This document shows, in pieces, positions 19,931 to 28,046 of a stretch of 64,000 nucleotides of DNA. The notes under the pieces were generated by a model. It made no database searches and had not been told where the DNA came from. It saw only the letters and a list, made by a program, of their open reading frames with translations. Source of the stretch: a virus (taxonomy: Duplodnaviria > Heunggongvirae > Uroviricota > Caudoviricetes); IMG/VR virus record IMGVR_UViG_3300036829_000172, positions 62,195 through 126,194 of that record; one strand, 5' to 3'. Every line of letters starts with the position of its first letter. The stretch's first letter is position 1. The translations under genes and the position numbers were made by a program.

Positions 19931-20275
19931 GTGACCGGACACTATGACGAGCACGCCTTCTTCGACGCGTGGCAGCGGGGTGTCGAGATCGCCGGGCACC
20001 GGTGGTTCGGCGACGGTACAGCCGCCGCAGCCGCCAACGCCACCAGGAAAGAACGACTGGAGCCGCGCTTCGATGACATTTCGGAGGCGATCGGCTGGCT
20101 GTCGTCTGGTGAGGCGACGTTCCTGGCGGCCATGTACAGCTTCTACAACGCCGACACCGGCGGCAAGATGCTGCGCCAACTGCGGGTCAACGGTCTCGCC
20201 GACGTAGCCGCAAAGTTGGATGAACCGCGAGTGCGTGTCATCGCGGCCTTGCTCGTCAGCTATGCGGGCTGGTGA
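19931..20275 (+). CDS. hypothetical protein
   Basis: GTGA-coupled chain; LSSGE..FLAAMYSFYN. Confidence 0.6.
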   Translation: MTGHYDEHAFFDAWQRGVEIAGHRWFGDGTAAAAANATRKERLEPRFDDISEAIGWLSSGEATFLAAMYSFYNADTGGKMLRQLRVNGLADVAAKLDEPRVRVIAALLVSYAGW

Positions 20276-20314
20276 ATCTGGCGCGCACCACAATCTTTCT
20301 CGTGGGGAGAAAGA

Positions 20315-20345
20315 AGGCGGCCCCGGTCTCTGGCCGGGGCCGCCT
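20315..20345. terminator. bidirectional terminator between convergent operons
   Basis: AGGCGGCCCCGG-7nt-CCGGGGCCGCCT, with a T-run on + and a short T-rich tract on -. Confidence 0.75.
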
Positions 20346-20416
20346 GTTTTAGAGGCCGTTCCAAGTGCGCCTGGCGCCTATGGACTAGGGGCTAATGACT
20401 CCCACGGCCCGGTCTC

Positions 20417-22066
20417 TTACTGAGTCGGGGACAGGCGAACCGTGTCGGTGAAGCCCATCTGGGAGATGGCCCGCAGGCCGTCGGCGACCGAGATCGTCTC
20501 CGGGTCGCCGAACTCGCAGCGCAGCTCCTCGAGCTTGCGGCTGACGTCGACCTGTTTCTCCGGGATGCCTTGCAGGTCGCGGACCTGGCGGCGCGCCCGG
20601 GCCAGCATCGCCCGCATGTCGAGGTCGTCTGCGGCCATGTCGTAGCAGGTGACGATGGTGTGCTCCAAGGCGACCACCTTGCCGAGGTCCAGTGGGCGGT
20701 CCTCCCCGCTGGGCACCTCGTCGCGCTCCTCGTCGTCCTGGTCGTCGTCGTCGGCGCGGTCCTGCTCGTCGCCGTGGACGTGCCCGCCGACATCGGGGCC
20801 GAGGTCGCCGACGGTCGGATCGCACTCGTCGTCGACACCCATCGCGTTCAACTGCTTAGGCATGGGCATGTAGCTGTCCTCCGGTCCGGTGTCGCTGTCG
20901 GATTTGATGGTCGAACCCACATCGAGGTTCGGTCGGTCGCCGGGAACGCTCCCGGTCTGCGCGCCCTTGCTGTAGGGCTCCTCGTGGGGATCCAGCGGGG
21001 AATCCGACGGTGTCCAGGTGTACGGGTTGCCGAAGCCGCCGCGGTTGTCGGTGACCGGGACCTTCGAGCCGTTGGACAGGACCGCGACGAGCATGGTGCC
21101 GCCGGCCGCGTTGGCGGCGGTTTCGATACGCAGCACGCTGACCGGCTTGGAATCTGTGGGGAGCTCGGCGCCGAACTTTCTGGCGGCGGACTTGATCTTG
21201 CGTTCGATAGCCGATAACTGGTCGGCGGTGTAGTCCTTGCGGTTCTTGGGCGTCGAGATGTGGCGCCACGCCGACTGCACCCTGGCGGCGCTGTTCAACG
21301 GATAGCGGGGTACACCGTTGCCGCTCTTGGCCGGTTTGTAGTCGGCGTCCTTGTAGCCGGGATCAGCGAAGTTGGAGACACCCCTGTTCGCCTTCGGCGC
21401 GGCGCGTTCCAGAGTAGCCAACGCGCGGCGCACCCGGTCGCGGTCCATGTTGCGCAGCTCGAGCATGTCGGTGTTCGACAGTTTGGCCAGCACATCGATG
21501 GCCTCCGCCGACGACAACATCGCAGCGGTGTTGGGGTTCATCCCGTAGTTCACCACCGACACGTCACCTTTCTCAAGGTTGACGTTCATGATCTTGCGGT
21601 GGGTGTAGTTGGTGTCCCAGTTCTGGTTGCGGACCCGGAACGCGAAGCTCATCTCGTCCATGTCGCCGCGGCGCATTTTCGGCATCAGCCGCTGCACATC
21701 AGGGTCGGTCTGATCGAGGTAGGCCAGGATCCGCAGCCCGTAGCGGTCGGTGCGCAGGTGCAGCGTGCCGGGATGACTGTCGTGAGCGGTGCGGGCCAGC
21801 GGAAGACCTTCATGGTTGAGCAGCAGCACAACATCGGGTTCATCACCCAACGTCTGGTCGAACGCCCGGAAATCGATCTCCTCCACCCACCCGCCCGCAT
21901 CGACACCGCCGTACACGTCATAAGGGGTGAACGTCGCCGCGTAGCCCTCAAGAATGACTTGCCCAGTTTTGGTGTCAGTGCGGTACTCGAGAGGGCGGGC
22001 CAGCTGGCGCCGCTCGAGGACATCCAGGATTTTCGCGCGGGCGCTGCGCTCTTCAAGAGTCGTCAT
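20417..22066 (-). CDS. HK97-family prohead protease with DUF6582-like domain and acidic C-terminal tail
   Basis: LEGYAATF, LLNHEG.PLART (His), GDMDEMSFAF (Ser), GDVSVVNYGMNP; then ADPGY...RYPLNSAARVQSAW..I. Confidence 0.9.
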   Translation of the reverse strand: MTTLEERSARAKILDVLERRQLARPLEYRTDTKTGQVILEGYAATFTPYDVYGGVDAGGWVEEIDFRAFDQTLGDEPDVVLLLNHEGLPLARTAHDSHPGTLHLRTDRYGLRILAYLDQTDPDVQRLMPKMRRGDMDEMSFAFRVRNQNWDTNYTHRKIMNVNLEKGDVSVVNYGMNPNTAAMLSSAEAIDVLAKLSNTDMLELRNMDRDRVRRALATLERAAPKANRGVSNFADPGYKDADYKPAKSGNGVPRYPLNSAARVQSAWRHISTPKNRKDYTADQLSAIERKIKSAARKFGAELPTDSKPVSVLRIETAANAAGGTMLVAVLSNGSKVPVTDNRGGFGNPYTWTPSDSPLDPHEEPYSKGAQTGSVPGDRPNLDVGSTIKSDSDTGPEDSYMPMPKQLNAMGVDDECDPTVGDLGPDVGGHVHGDEQDRADDDDQDDEERDEVPSGEDRPLDLGKVVALEHTIVTCYDMAADDLDMRAMLARARRQVRDLQGIPEKQVDVSRKLEELRCEFGDPETISVADGLRAISQMGFTDTVRLSPTQ

Positions 22067-22078
22067 CAGTAACCTCCG

Positions 22079-23572
22079 TCAACGCCCTAGCGTTTCACCA
22101 GAATTTCCGTGGCCGTTGTAAGGCGCGCCGCCGACACCGGCAAGTTGGCGGTCTGCCCCGTCGATGTCTTCGCCCGGTTGGGGCTCCGACGGGTCGAAGC
22201 TGTAGTAGGAGCCGTCCGCCTGCCACAGGCCCGGCACCGGTTCGGAGCCGGTGGCGGCCAGCCACATACCGCGTTTGGGGTCGTAGTAGGCGAACGCGCG
22301 GTCCTGGTTTTCCCCGCCACCGATCGGAGGCATCGGCAAACTACCCGGCGGCTTAGCCGGCGGCGGCGGGTTGCCGATCGCGACCGGAGAACCGGCCGGC
22401 ACCAGGGTGGCCGGGTGCAGCAGCACGTCGCCGCCCTCGAGTGGGTCCATCTCTTCGCGGGCCCGCAGCTCGTTGGCGGTGATCCAGCCGGCGCCCTGCG
22501 ACGAGCCGACCGCCTTCTGGTAGGCGGCCCACCGGCCGATCACATCGCCGCGCAGCAGCGCTTCGAAGTCGAACCGCACGAACTGACCGCGCGGCAGACA
22601 GCTGGAGATGACCGACTCCATACACGCCGTCCAGGCCCGGAACGTGTAGGTGATCGCGCCCAGCGTGATCTGCTCGACGCCGGTGCCCCACGCGGTGGTT
22701 TCCTTCGTGTCACCGATCAGGATCGGCGGGACACCGTACATCAGGCAGATCTCGGAGCGCTGGAACTGCCGTGTTTCCAGGAACTGGGCCTCGTCGGGTT
22801 TGATGACGATCGTTTCCCACTTGAACCCGTTCGTCAGGACAGCCGGCAGTCGGCGCCCGCCGTGTGAGGCGATCCAGTTGCGTTGCTGCCGGGTGACCGC
22901 CTTCTCGTCGAGGTCCTTGTCGGTGAACAGGATGCCCGACGGGTTGGCGGCTTCCTTGAAGTAGCGGTACCCGTATTCCTCGGACGCCAGGCTCATGCCG
23001 ATCGCGACCTGGGCCTGGTTGACCGGCGACAGCCCCCACGGTTCGCCCGGCATGGTGAACCGGCGGATGTGCACGATGTCGGAGTTGTTCTGCTCCTCGC
23101 CCATGATCCGGTAGATCGGGTCGAACCACAGCAGCAGGTCGGGGCGCCGTTCCAGGAACACCATGTCGGGATGCAGCGGCAGCAGCGACGTCGGGTAGCC
23201 CAGCTTGTCGCGCGAGGTGATCAGGTGATAGCTGTTGCCGCGCAGCGCCATCGAGGCGATGACCATCCATTTCCAGTTGAACAGGTCGAAACCCGGGAAC
23301 GGTTGACGCAGAATCGCCGGCTGCGGGTTGACCTCCTTGGGCACCCCTTTCGCGTCGCGGCGGTACGCCTTCCACGGCAGCGACGCGATCGTGTCCGCCA
23401 GCACTCGGACGCACGCCAGCACCGTCATGCAGGCCATCGCCCGGTGCACACCGACGAAGTCGTCGATCACCCCGACCGCCGGCGGCGGCACGAACGAGGA
23501 CGTCATCAGGGTCCGCTGCTCGGCGCCGCCGGTCTCGGCGACGCGGGTACGGACCCGCGCGAGGATGCTCAC
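22079..23572 (-). CDS. phage portal protein (HK97 family)
   Basis: ACVRVLADTIASLPW, LRGNSY, L.PLHPD, GLSPV, ANPSGIL, QFLETRQFQ..EIC.MYGVPP.LIG, GWITANE.R.RE.M.P; GTG at 23572 taken as start. Confidence 0.95.
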   Translation of the reverse strand: MSILARVRTRVAETGGAEQRTLMTSSFVPPPAVGVIDDFVGVHRAMACMTVLACVRVLADTIASLPWKAYRRDAKGVPKEVNPQPAILRQPFPGFDLFNWKWMVIASMALRGNSYHLITSRDKLGYPTSLLPLHPDMVFLERRPDLLLWFDPIYRIMGEEQNNSDIVHIRRFTMPGEPWGLSPVNQAQVAIGMSLASEEYGYRYFKEAANPSGILFTDKDLDEKAVTRQQRNWIASHGGRRLPAVLTNGFKWETIVIKPDEAQFLETRQFQRSEICLMYGVPPILIGDTKETTAWGTGVEQITLGAITYTFRAWTACMESVISSCLPRGQFVRFDFEALLRGDVIGRWAAYQKAVGSSQGAGWITANELRAREEMDPLEGGDVLLHPATLVPAGSPVAIGNPPPPAKPPGSLPMPPIGGGENQDRAFAYYDPKRGMWLAATGSEPVPGLWQADGSYYSFDPSEPQPGEDIDGADRQLAGVGGAPYNGHGNSGETLGR

Positions 23573-23586
23573 AGGCGGAGTGTCTC

Positions 23587-24030
23587 CTAGCTGTCGAACC
23601 GGCGGCTGGTCAACACACCGATGGCGATCAGGCACAGACCGGCAATGAACAGGCCAAGCCACACGTGGATCACGAATCCGCCGCCGGCCAGACACAGCAT
23701 CCCGGCGAGCTCGATCCCGGTCGAGGTCAGTTCCCGCCGATCCCACTCACGTTTCTTCTTGGCGGTGACCGGCGGGGTCTGCGGTGGGGGCGGCGCCGGT
23801 TCCGGCTGCTTTTTCGGCTCCGGGTCGGGCGGCGGGCGCCGGTCGTCCTCGGACTCGGGGTGGTCAGCCCACGGCGGCTGGTCCAGCATCCCGGCGGCGC
23901 GGGCGGCGCGCAGCTGGTCCTGCATCCGCGAGTCGGAGTAGATGCGGCCGCCGCCGCCGACCACGACGGGCGGGCTACCGTCCGGGGCCGGGTTGATCGG
24001 GTTGGGGGTTCCAGCGGTCGTATTCGTCAT
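23587..24030 (-). CDS. Pro-rich protein with two C-terminal TM helices (terminase-portal intergenic membrane protein)
   Basis: GIELAGMLCLAGGGFVIHVWLGLFIAGLCLIAIGV; position typical of actinophage head modules. Confidence 0.7.
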   Translation of the reverse strand: MTNTTAGTPNPINPAPDGSPPVVVGGGGRIYSDSRMQDQLRAARAAGMLDQPPWADHPESEDDRRPPPDPEPKKQPEPAPPPPQTPPVTAKKKREWDRRELTSTGIELAGMLCLAGGGFVIHVWLGLFIAGLCLIAIGVLTSRRFDS

Positions 24031-25642
24031 CGGCTTCCTTTCGCCACTGATCGATGATGTCGTCGTCGGGCCAGTCCCACACCCGGGAGTCGCCTTCAAC
24101 CTCGGGCGGGTTGTTCAGCAGCCACACCGCGCCGCAGCAGCCGATCAGCGGGGACGCGTCGACCGGTGATTTGCGCCGGTCGAAGAACCAGGAGTCGCCG
24201 ATCTGCCGGCCGATCGTGGAGGCCGCGGCCCGGTCCAGCGCTTTGGCCGGCGGGTGTTTGATGGTGCCGCCGGTGATGCCGTCGTAGAAGTCGCCGGCGG
24301 CGGCCGCGAGCTGCGCGACAGGCTTGCCCCACTCGGCCACCTCGATACCCTTGTCGTCGCCGCCGTCGCGGTCCTCGGTGAGCTCCTCGATCAGACCGGA
24401 CGCGGGAGCCCCGGTCCGCTGAATACAGACAGCTTTGAAGCGCTTGCCCTCGCCGACGCGGGGTTTCAGCCAAGCGCGCAGCCAGTCGGTGCCCTTGCCG
24501 GCCTTGATGACCTCGGTGTGGATGTCGCCGTCGGCGCGCAGCGCCGCGGCCGCGATGTAGGTGCGGGTGCGGTGATAGTTGGTGTCGACGCAGAGGTAAA
24601 CGTCGGCGCCCGGCGCGCGGGCCGACTTGCTGTCCTTGGTGTCGGCCCACGCCTGGGCGGGGATGATGCCCGGCGCCAGCGCATCCACCCACTGGCACAG
24701 GTACTCGGTGCGGAATCCGGGCAGGTCGTCGGCTTCCATGTTTTCGTAGTGGGCGTGCAGATCCTCCAGGCAGAACTCGGCCAGCTGCCCCAGCGCCGGG
24801 TTAGCCATGTGCCAGTACTTGTCGTCACGCGGGTCGACGTCATCAGGCACCGACCATTCGAAAAACCCGGTCTGGCTGTTGTCGGTGTCCTTCGTGATGA
24901 TCCTGCGGATCGCCGCATCACGCAGACCCTTCAGGACGATCGACTTCGCCTCCCCGGCGTTGGAGGTGACCAGCACCTGCGCGCACGGCCGCACATTCGT
25001 CGTCGGCGTGACGGCGCGCCACGCGTCAGGCTTGGTGTGCTCACGCATCTCGTCGAGCCACGCGAAATCCACCGACAGCGACCGGCCGCCGCTGCTGTTC
25101 GCGGTCACCGCCCGCCACGACCGCCGGTACGTCAGTATCGCTTTGTGCTTGCCGTTGGTGGTGATGTGCCGCATCAGCTCCGGCGCCAACAAGTCGTCGT
25201 CGCGGATGTCGTCAACAACGTGCTGCAGCGTCCCCTCGGCGTAGTCAAGGTTCTGCGCGGCGACCACCGCCAGCTTGGCCGCCGGCCAATCCGGGTCGGG
25301 CCGGCCGTGCTTGTCCATGAACAGCCGCCACAAACCGAGGCCTTCGCCCCACTTCGTTTTTCCATTTTGGCGGGCCATTAGCACAACTAAGTAGCGGAAT
25401 CGGAACCCGGTGCCGTTCGGGCGTTTCTCCAACGCCCGGTAGTACAGCCACCGCTGAAACGGGATCAGGTGCCAGCCCAGCAGATGCTCCAGGAAAAAGC
25501 AGCACTGCGGACCCCACGTCGCTTCCGGTTTAATCCCGTACTCGGCGTCAGGGTCGGCGTGCTGCGGCAGCGGCGGCGTGTGATACCGCGGCAGCAGCGA
25601 ACCGACACGAGGATCAGGAGCAGGGGGAGCGGCAACCGTCAT
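23975..25642 (-). CDS. phage terminase large subunit
   Basis: Walker A MARQNGKT, GGRSLS, Walker B AWLDEMRE, TSNAG, FEWS, ANPALG, FRTEYLCQW, RNaseH-like VDT and VDA. Confidence 0.95.
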   Translation of the reverse strand: MTVAAPPAPDPRVGSLLPRYHTPPLPQHADPDAEYGIKPEATWGPQCCFFLEHLLGWHLIPFQRWLYYRALEKRPNGTGFRFRYLVVLMARQNGKTKWGEGLGLWRLFMDKHGRPDPDWPAAKLAVVAAQNLDYAEGTLQHVVDDIRDDDLLAPELMRHITTNGKHKAILTYRRSWRAVTANSSGGRSLSVDFAWLDEMREHTKPDAWRAVTPTTNVRPCAQVLVTSNAGEAKSIVLKGLRDAAIRRIITKDTDNSQTGFFEWSVPDDVDPRDDKYWHMANPALGQLAEFCLEDLHAHYENMEADDLPGFRTEYLCQWVDALAPGIIPAQAWADTKDSKSARAPGADVYLCVDTNYHRTRTYIAAAALRADGDIHTEVIKAGKGTDWLRAWLKPRVGEGKRFKAVCIQRTGAPASGLIEELTEDRDGGDDKGIEVAEWGKPVAQLAAAAGDFYDGITGGTIKHPPAKALDRAAASTIGRQIGDSWFFDRRKSPVDASPLIGCCGAVWLLNNPPEVEGDSRVWDWPDDDIIDQWRKEADDEYDRWNPQPDQPGPGR

Positions 25643-25869
25643 CCGCAACACGCATCTTCAGGGGCGATCTCGATCTCGAGGCGCAGCGACTCGGTCACCT
25701 CGCAGTGCCCGGCACAGTCCGGGTCGGCGCACTGCGCGAGGATCCGCTGCAGCACGAAGCCTGTCGTCAGCCCGTACGCGATCAGCTCACCCGCCACCCG
25801 CACCTCGATCTCCTGCGGCGCGATCCACGTCTGCCCCCGTAAATGGTCGGGCAGTGACAGGACCGTCAT
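25639..25869 (-). CDS. small hypothetical protein
   Basis: Stop overlaps terminase ATG; CADPDC..HC. Confidence 0.5.
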   Translation of the reverse strand: MTVLSLPDHLRGQTWIAPQEIEVRVAGELIAYGLTTGFVLQRILAQCADPDCAGHCEVTESLRLEIEIAPEDACCG

Positions 25870-25885
25870 CCGGCCGGCAGGCTGA

Positions 25886-26164
25886 TTACCGATCGGGATC
25901 ACTGCCCGTCGTGTCGGAAGGAGTCGTCGACATCCACGACGGCGCGACGACCGCAGGCTCATCAATCTGCCCGCCGCCGGTCTTTGGTTCGCCCCAGTGC
26001 AGCACCTCGCCGGCACCCGCGGCCTGCCTGTCTTCGTCCGCCCGCGTCAACGCCTCATAGAACGCATCAGCGAACAGCCGGCGCAGCGGCTCAGTGATCA
26101 GCAGCCACACCGCTTCGATGGCATCCGACAGCAGCGGGAGCACGCCTTGATTGTCTGGCCGCAT
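25886..26164 (-). CDS. hypothetical protein
   Basis: 92-aa ORF co-oriented in the operon. Confidence 0.5.
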   Translation of the reverse strand: MRPDNQGVLPLLSDAIEAVWLLITEPLRRLFADAFYEALTRADEDRQAAGAGEVLHWGEPKTGGGQIDEPAVVAPSWMSTTPSDTTGSDPDR

Positions 26165-26167
26165 TAA

Positions 26168-26267
26168 CCATGGCAGCTGTCAAGCAACTTCGCGCGGCGT
26201 GTCGGAAAGGGAAACCGGCAATCTTTTCCATGGCCGCTGTCAAGCAGGTTGGGCGGCGTGTCGCAAA
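26168..26267. repeat. imperfect direct repeat, 60-bp period, core CCATGGCnGCTGTCAAGCA
   Basis: Copies at 26168-26186 and 26228-26246, extended by GCGGCGTGTCG; contains TTGACA on the - strand. Confidence 0.75.
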
Positions 26268-26401
26268 AGAAACTGCCCCGCACCGATTCCAGCGGTATCG
26301 CGGGGCAGTCCTATCCCAGTCCCAACAGTGGAAGGAACTCCACCAGTTTACCATTACGCGAGTGGGCCGGGCCGCCTGGGATCACGTGCCCCTGTGGGCC
26401 A

Positions 26402-26974
26402 TCACCGTACGAGTTCCGTGGCGGCGACCACGGAAAGCTCAGACCGGCTCGGGTCATACCGGGCGATATACCAGCGTTGCCCGCCGAACTGGTAGGAAAC
26501 CCGGAACACATTGTCGCCATCCATGTCGTCGCCGAATCGCTGCTGCGGCGCAGCCAGCGCGATCTGCACAGTCAAACCACCGACCGTCGGCTGATTCCAG
26601 ATCGGCACGCCCACCACACCCTGCGCCCGCACCGCCACAGTGCCGCCGCGGCGCAGCTCCTCGGTCACGTACACGTCGGCAGAACCTGTGCCCAGAGCCC
26701 CGGGCAGCCCTTCGGGGTAGAACAAGTCACGCCACTCCAAGGTGAACTGGTGACCCTCGACGTACGACGGAGGATCTCCTGCGGGCACATACCGATGGAT
26801 GATCCGGAACTCGTACTCCTTGACTGAGCCGCCGTCCTCGAGAGCGGCGCGCCAATGCCAACGCGCGAACCTCTGCTCAGGGTTGGTGACCGGAGCGGGA
26901 CCTGTGATCGCCGCATCTGCCGTGATCGGCGCACTTCGCCGTGGATGGCGAGCCCGTACTGTGTGGTCAGTCAT
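26402..26974 (-). CDS. hypothetical protein
   Basis: High-GC3 codon use over most of its length; start uncertain. Confidence 0.6.
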   Translation of the reverse strand: MTDHTVRARHPRRSAPITADAAITGPAPVTNPEQRFARWHWRAALEDGGSVKEYEFRIIHRYVPAGDPPSYVEGHQFTLEWRDLFYPEGLPGALGTGSADVYVTEELRRGGTVAVRAQGVVGVPIWNQPTVGGLTVQIALAAPQQRFGDDMDGDNVFRVSYQFGGQRWYIARYDPSRSELSVVAATELVR

Positions 26975-27123
26975 CACGGCGGCGTGTTCTCCTGGCGGCT
27001 GGCGGTCGCCGCTATCGTAGCGTTGCGCGCGAAGACCTGCTGAATGAGACACGCCACGCCGCCCGACCTGCTTCGGCGACATCGCCTTCCCCCTCCGGGT
27101 GCACCACATCGCGGAGCCCGCTG

Positions 27124-27197
27124 TACGCCCGGCCGGATTCGAACCGGCGTCTCCGACTTAAAAGGACGGAGCTAAAACCAGACTCAGCTACGGGCGC
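27124..27197 (-). tRNA. tRNA-Lys(TTT)
   Basis: Hand-folded cloverleaf; anticodon loop CT TTT AA; GGTTCGAATCC. Confidence 0.9.
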
Positions 27198-27242
27198 ATG
27201 CCAGAGACACGCGTCCGTTTTCGACGTCCAATGATGCTCACG

Positions 27243-27319
27243 TGCCCCCGGCAGGATTCGAACCCGCATCGTCCGTTACGGCTTTACACCGGGGTAGAAA
27301 CCCGGGCCGATACGAGGGC
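27243..27319 (-). ncRNA. atypical tRNA-like RNA, anticodon TCT (Arg), no canonical D-arm
   Basis: GCCCTCG TA TCGGC CCGGG TTTCTAC CCCGG TGTAAAGCCGTAACGGACGAT GCGGG TTCGAAT CCTGC CGGGGGC A. Confidence 0.8.
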
Positions 27320-27320
27320 G

Positions 27321-27393
27321 CGTCCCTGACAGGAATCGAACCTGCAGTCTCCGCCTCCGGAGGGCGGCGCTCTGTCCGTTGAGCCACAGAGAC
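27321..27393 (-). tRNA. tRNA-Arg(CCG)
   Basis: Cloverleaf; CCGCC CT CCG GA GGCGG. Confidence 0.92.
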
Positions 27394-27397
27394 CTCG

Positions 27398-27470
27398 CTG
27401 GAGTGGCTGGATTCGAACCAACACCGCCGGGAACCAAAATCCCGTGGGCTACCCATTACCCCACACTCCA
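27398..27470 (-). tRNA. tRNA-Gln(TTG)
   Basis: Cloverleaf; CGGGA TT TTG GT TCCCG. Confidence 0.92.
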
Positions 27471-27471
27471 G

Positions 27472-27544
27472 TACCGCCGACAGGATTCGAACCTGCAATC
27501 CGCGCCTTAGGACGGCGCTGCCGTTTCCATTGGGCCACGGCGGC
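27472..27544 (-). tRNA. tRNA-Arg(CCT)
   Basis: Cloverleaf; GCGCC GT CCT AA GGCGC. Confidence 0.9.
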
Positions 27545-27547
27545 CTG

Positions 27548-27629
27548 TACGGAGCGCAGGATTCGAACCTGCCTGGCCCAGCTACGGCATTGTGATCCAC
27601 ACGTTATAAGCGTGCGCCGATACCTCCGC
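27548..27629 (-). ncRNA. atypical tRNA-like RNA, anticodon TAT (Ile), no canonical D-arm
   Basis: GCGGAGG TA TCGGC GCACG CTTATAA CGTGT GGATCACAATGCCGTAGCTGGGCCAG GCAGG TTCGAAT CCTGC GCTCCGT A. Confidence 0.8.
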
Positions 27630-27630
27630 G

Positions 27631-27704
27631 TACCCCTAGCAGGACTCGAACCTGCGGCCTCCCGGTCCGTAGCCGGGCGCTCTGCTCCGCTGAGCTATAG
27701 AGGC
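27631..27704 (-). tRNA. tRNA-Arg(ACG)
   Basis: Cloverleaf; CCCGG CT ACG GA CCGGG. Confidence 0.93.
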
Positions 27705-27708
27705 GTCG

Positions 27709-27785
27709 TAGCGCGGGCCGGATTCGAACCGAGCGATCTTCAGATTATGAGCCTGACGGGATGGACCGAACTTCCCTACCGCGCA
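27709..27785 (-). tRNA. tRNA-Met(CAT), initiator-like
   Basis: T1:T72 mismatch; TCAGG CT CAT AA TCTGA; one extra base in the T-stem. Confidence 0.85.
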
Positions 27786-27806
27786 CCGTCTATTGAGTTG
27801 TTGCCG

Positions 27807-27878
27807 CTGGGATGCCAGGACTCGAACCTAGATCGCCGGAGCCAGAATCCGGAGTCTTGCCGATTGGACCACACCCCA
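27807..27878 (-). tRNA. tRNA-Gln(CTG)
   Basis: Cloverleaf; CCGGA TT CTG GC TCCGG. Confidence 0.92.
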
Positions 27879-27885
27879 CTGGGGG

Positions 27886-27956
27886 CTCCCCTACCTGGAT
27901 TCGAACCAGGAGTCACGGATTAACAGTCCGTAGGTTTGCCATTAACCGACAGGGGA
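27886..27956 (-). tRNA. tRNA-Asn(GTT)
   Basis: Cloverleaf; ACGGA CT GTT AA TCCGT. Confidence 0.92.
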
Positions 27957-28016
27957 TCGACACGGCTACTGTTGCCGCGGATTCCTTCGCTGTCGGATGG
28001 CTTTCAACACGGTCTG

Positions 28017-28046
28017 ATGGTAACCCGGGACCGGCCCGCGGCTCAA
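28017..28046 (-). promoter_or_regulatory. candidate sigma-A promoter for the Asn-to-Lys tRNA sub-cluster
   Basis: TTGAGC-18 nt-TACCAT on the - strand, 60 nt upstream of tRNA-Asn. Confidence 0.4.

Noticed and set aside
20417-21200. Capsid protein fused to the C-terminus of the protease
   Set aside because: The region is acidic, Pro/Asp-rich, low-complexity and too short for an HK97 fold
27243-27319. tRNA-Pyl/amber suppressor (CTA) reading of the atypical RNA
   Set aside because: The perfect CCGGG/CCCGG stem places TCT, not CTA, at loop positions 3-5; a CTA register breaks the stem
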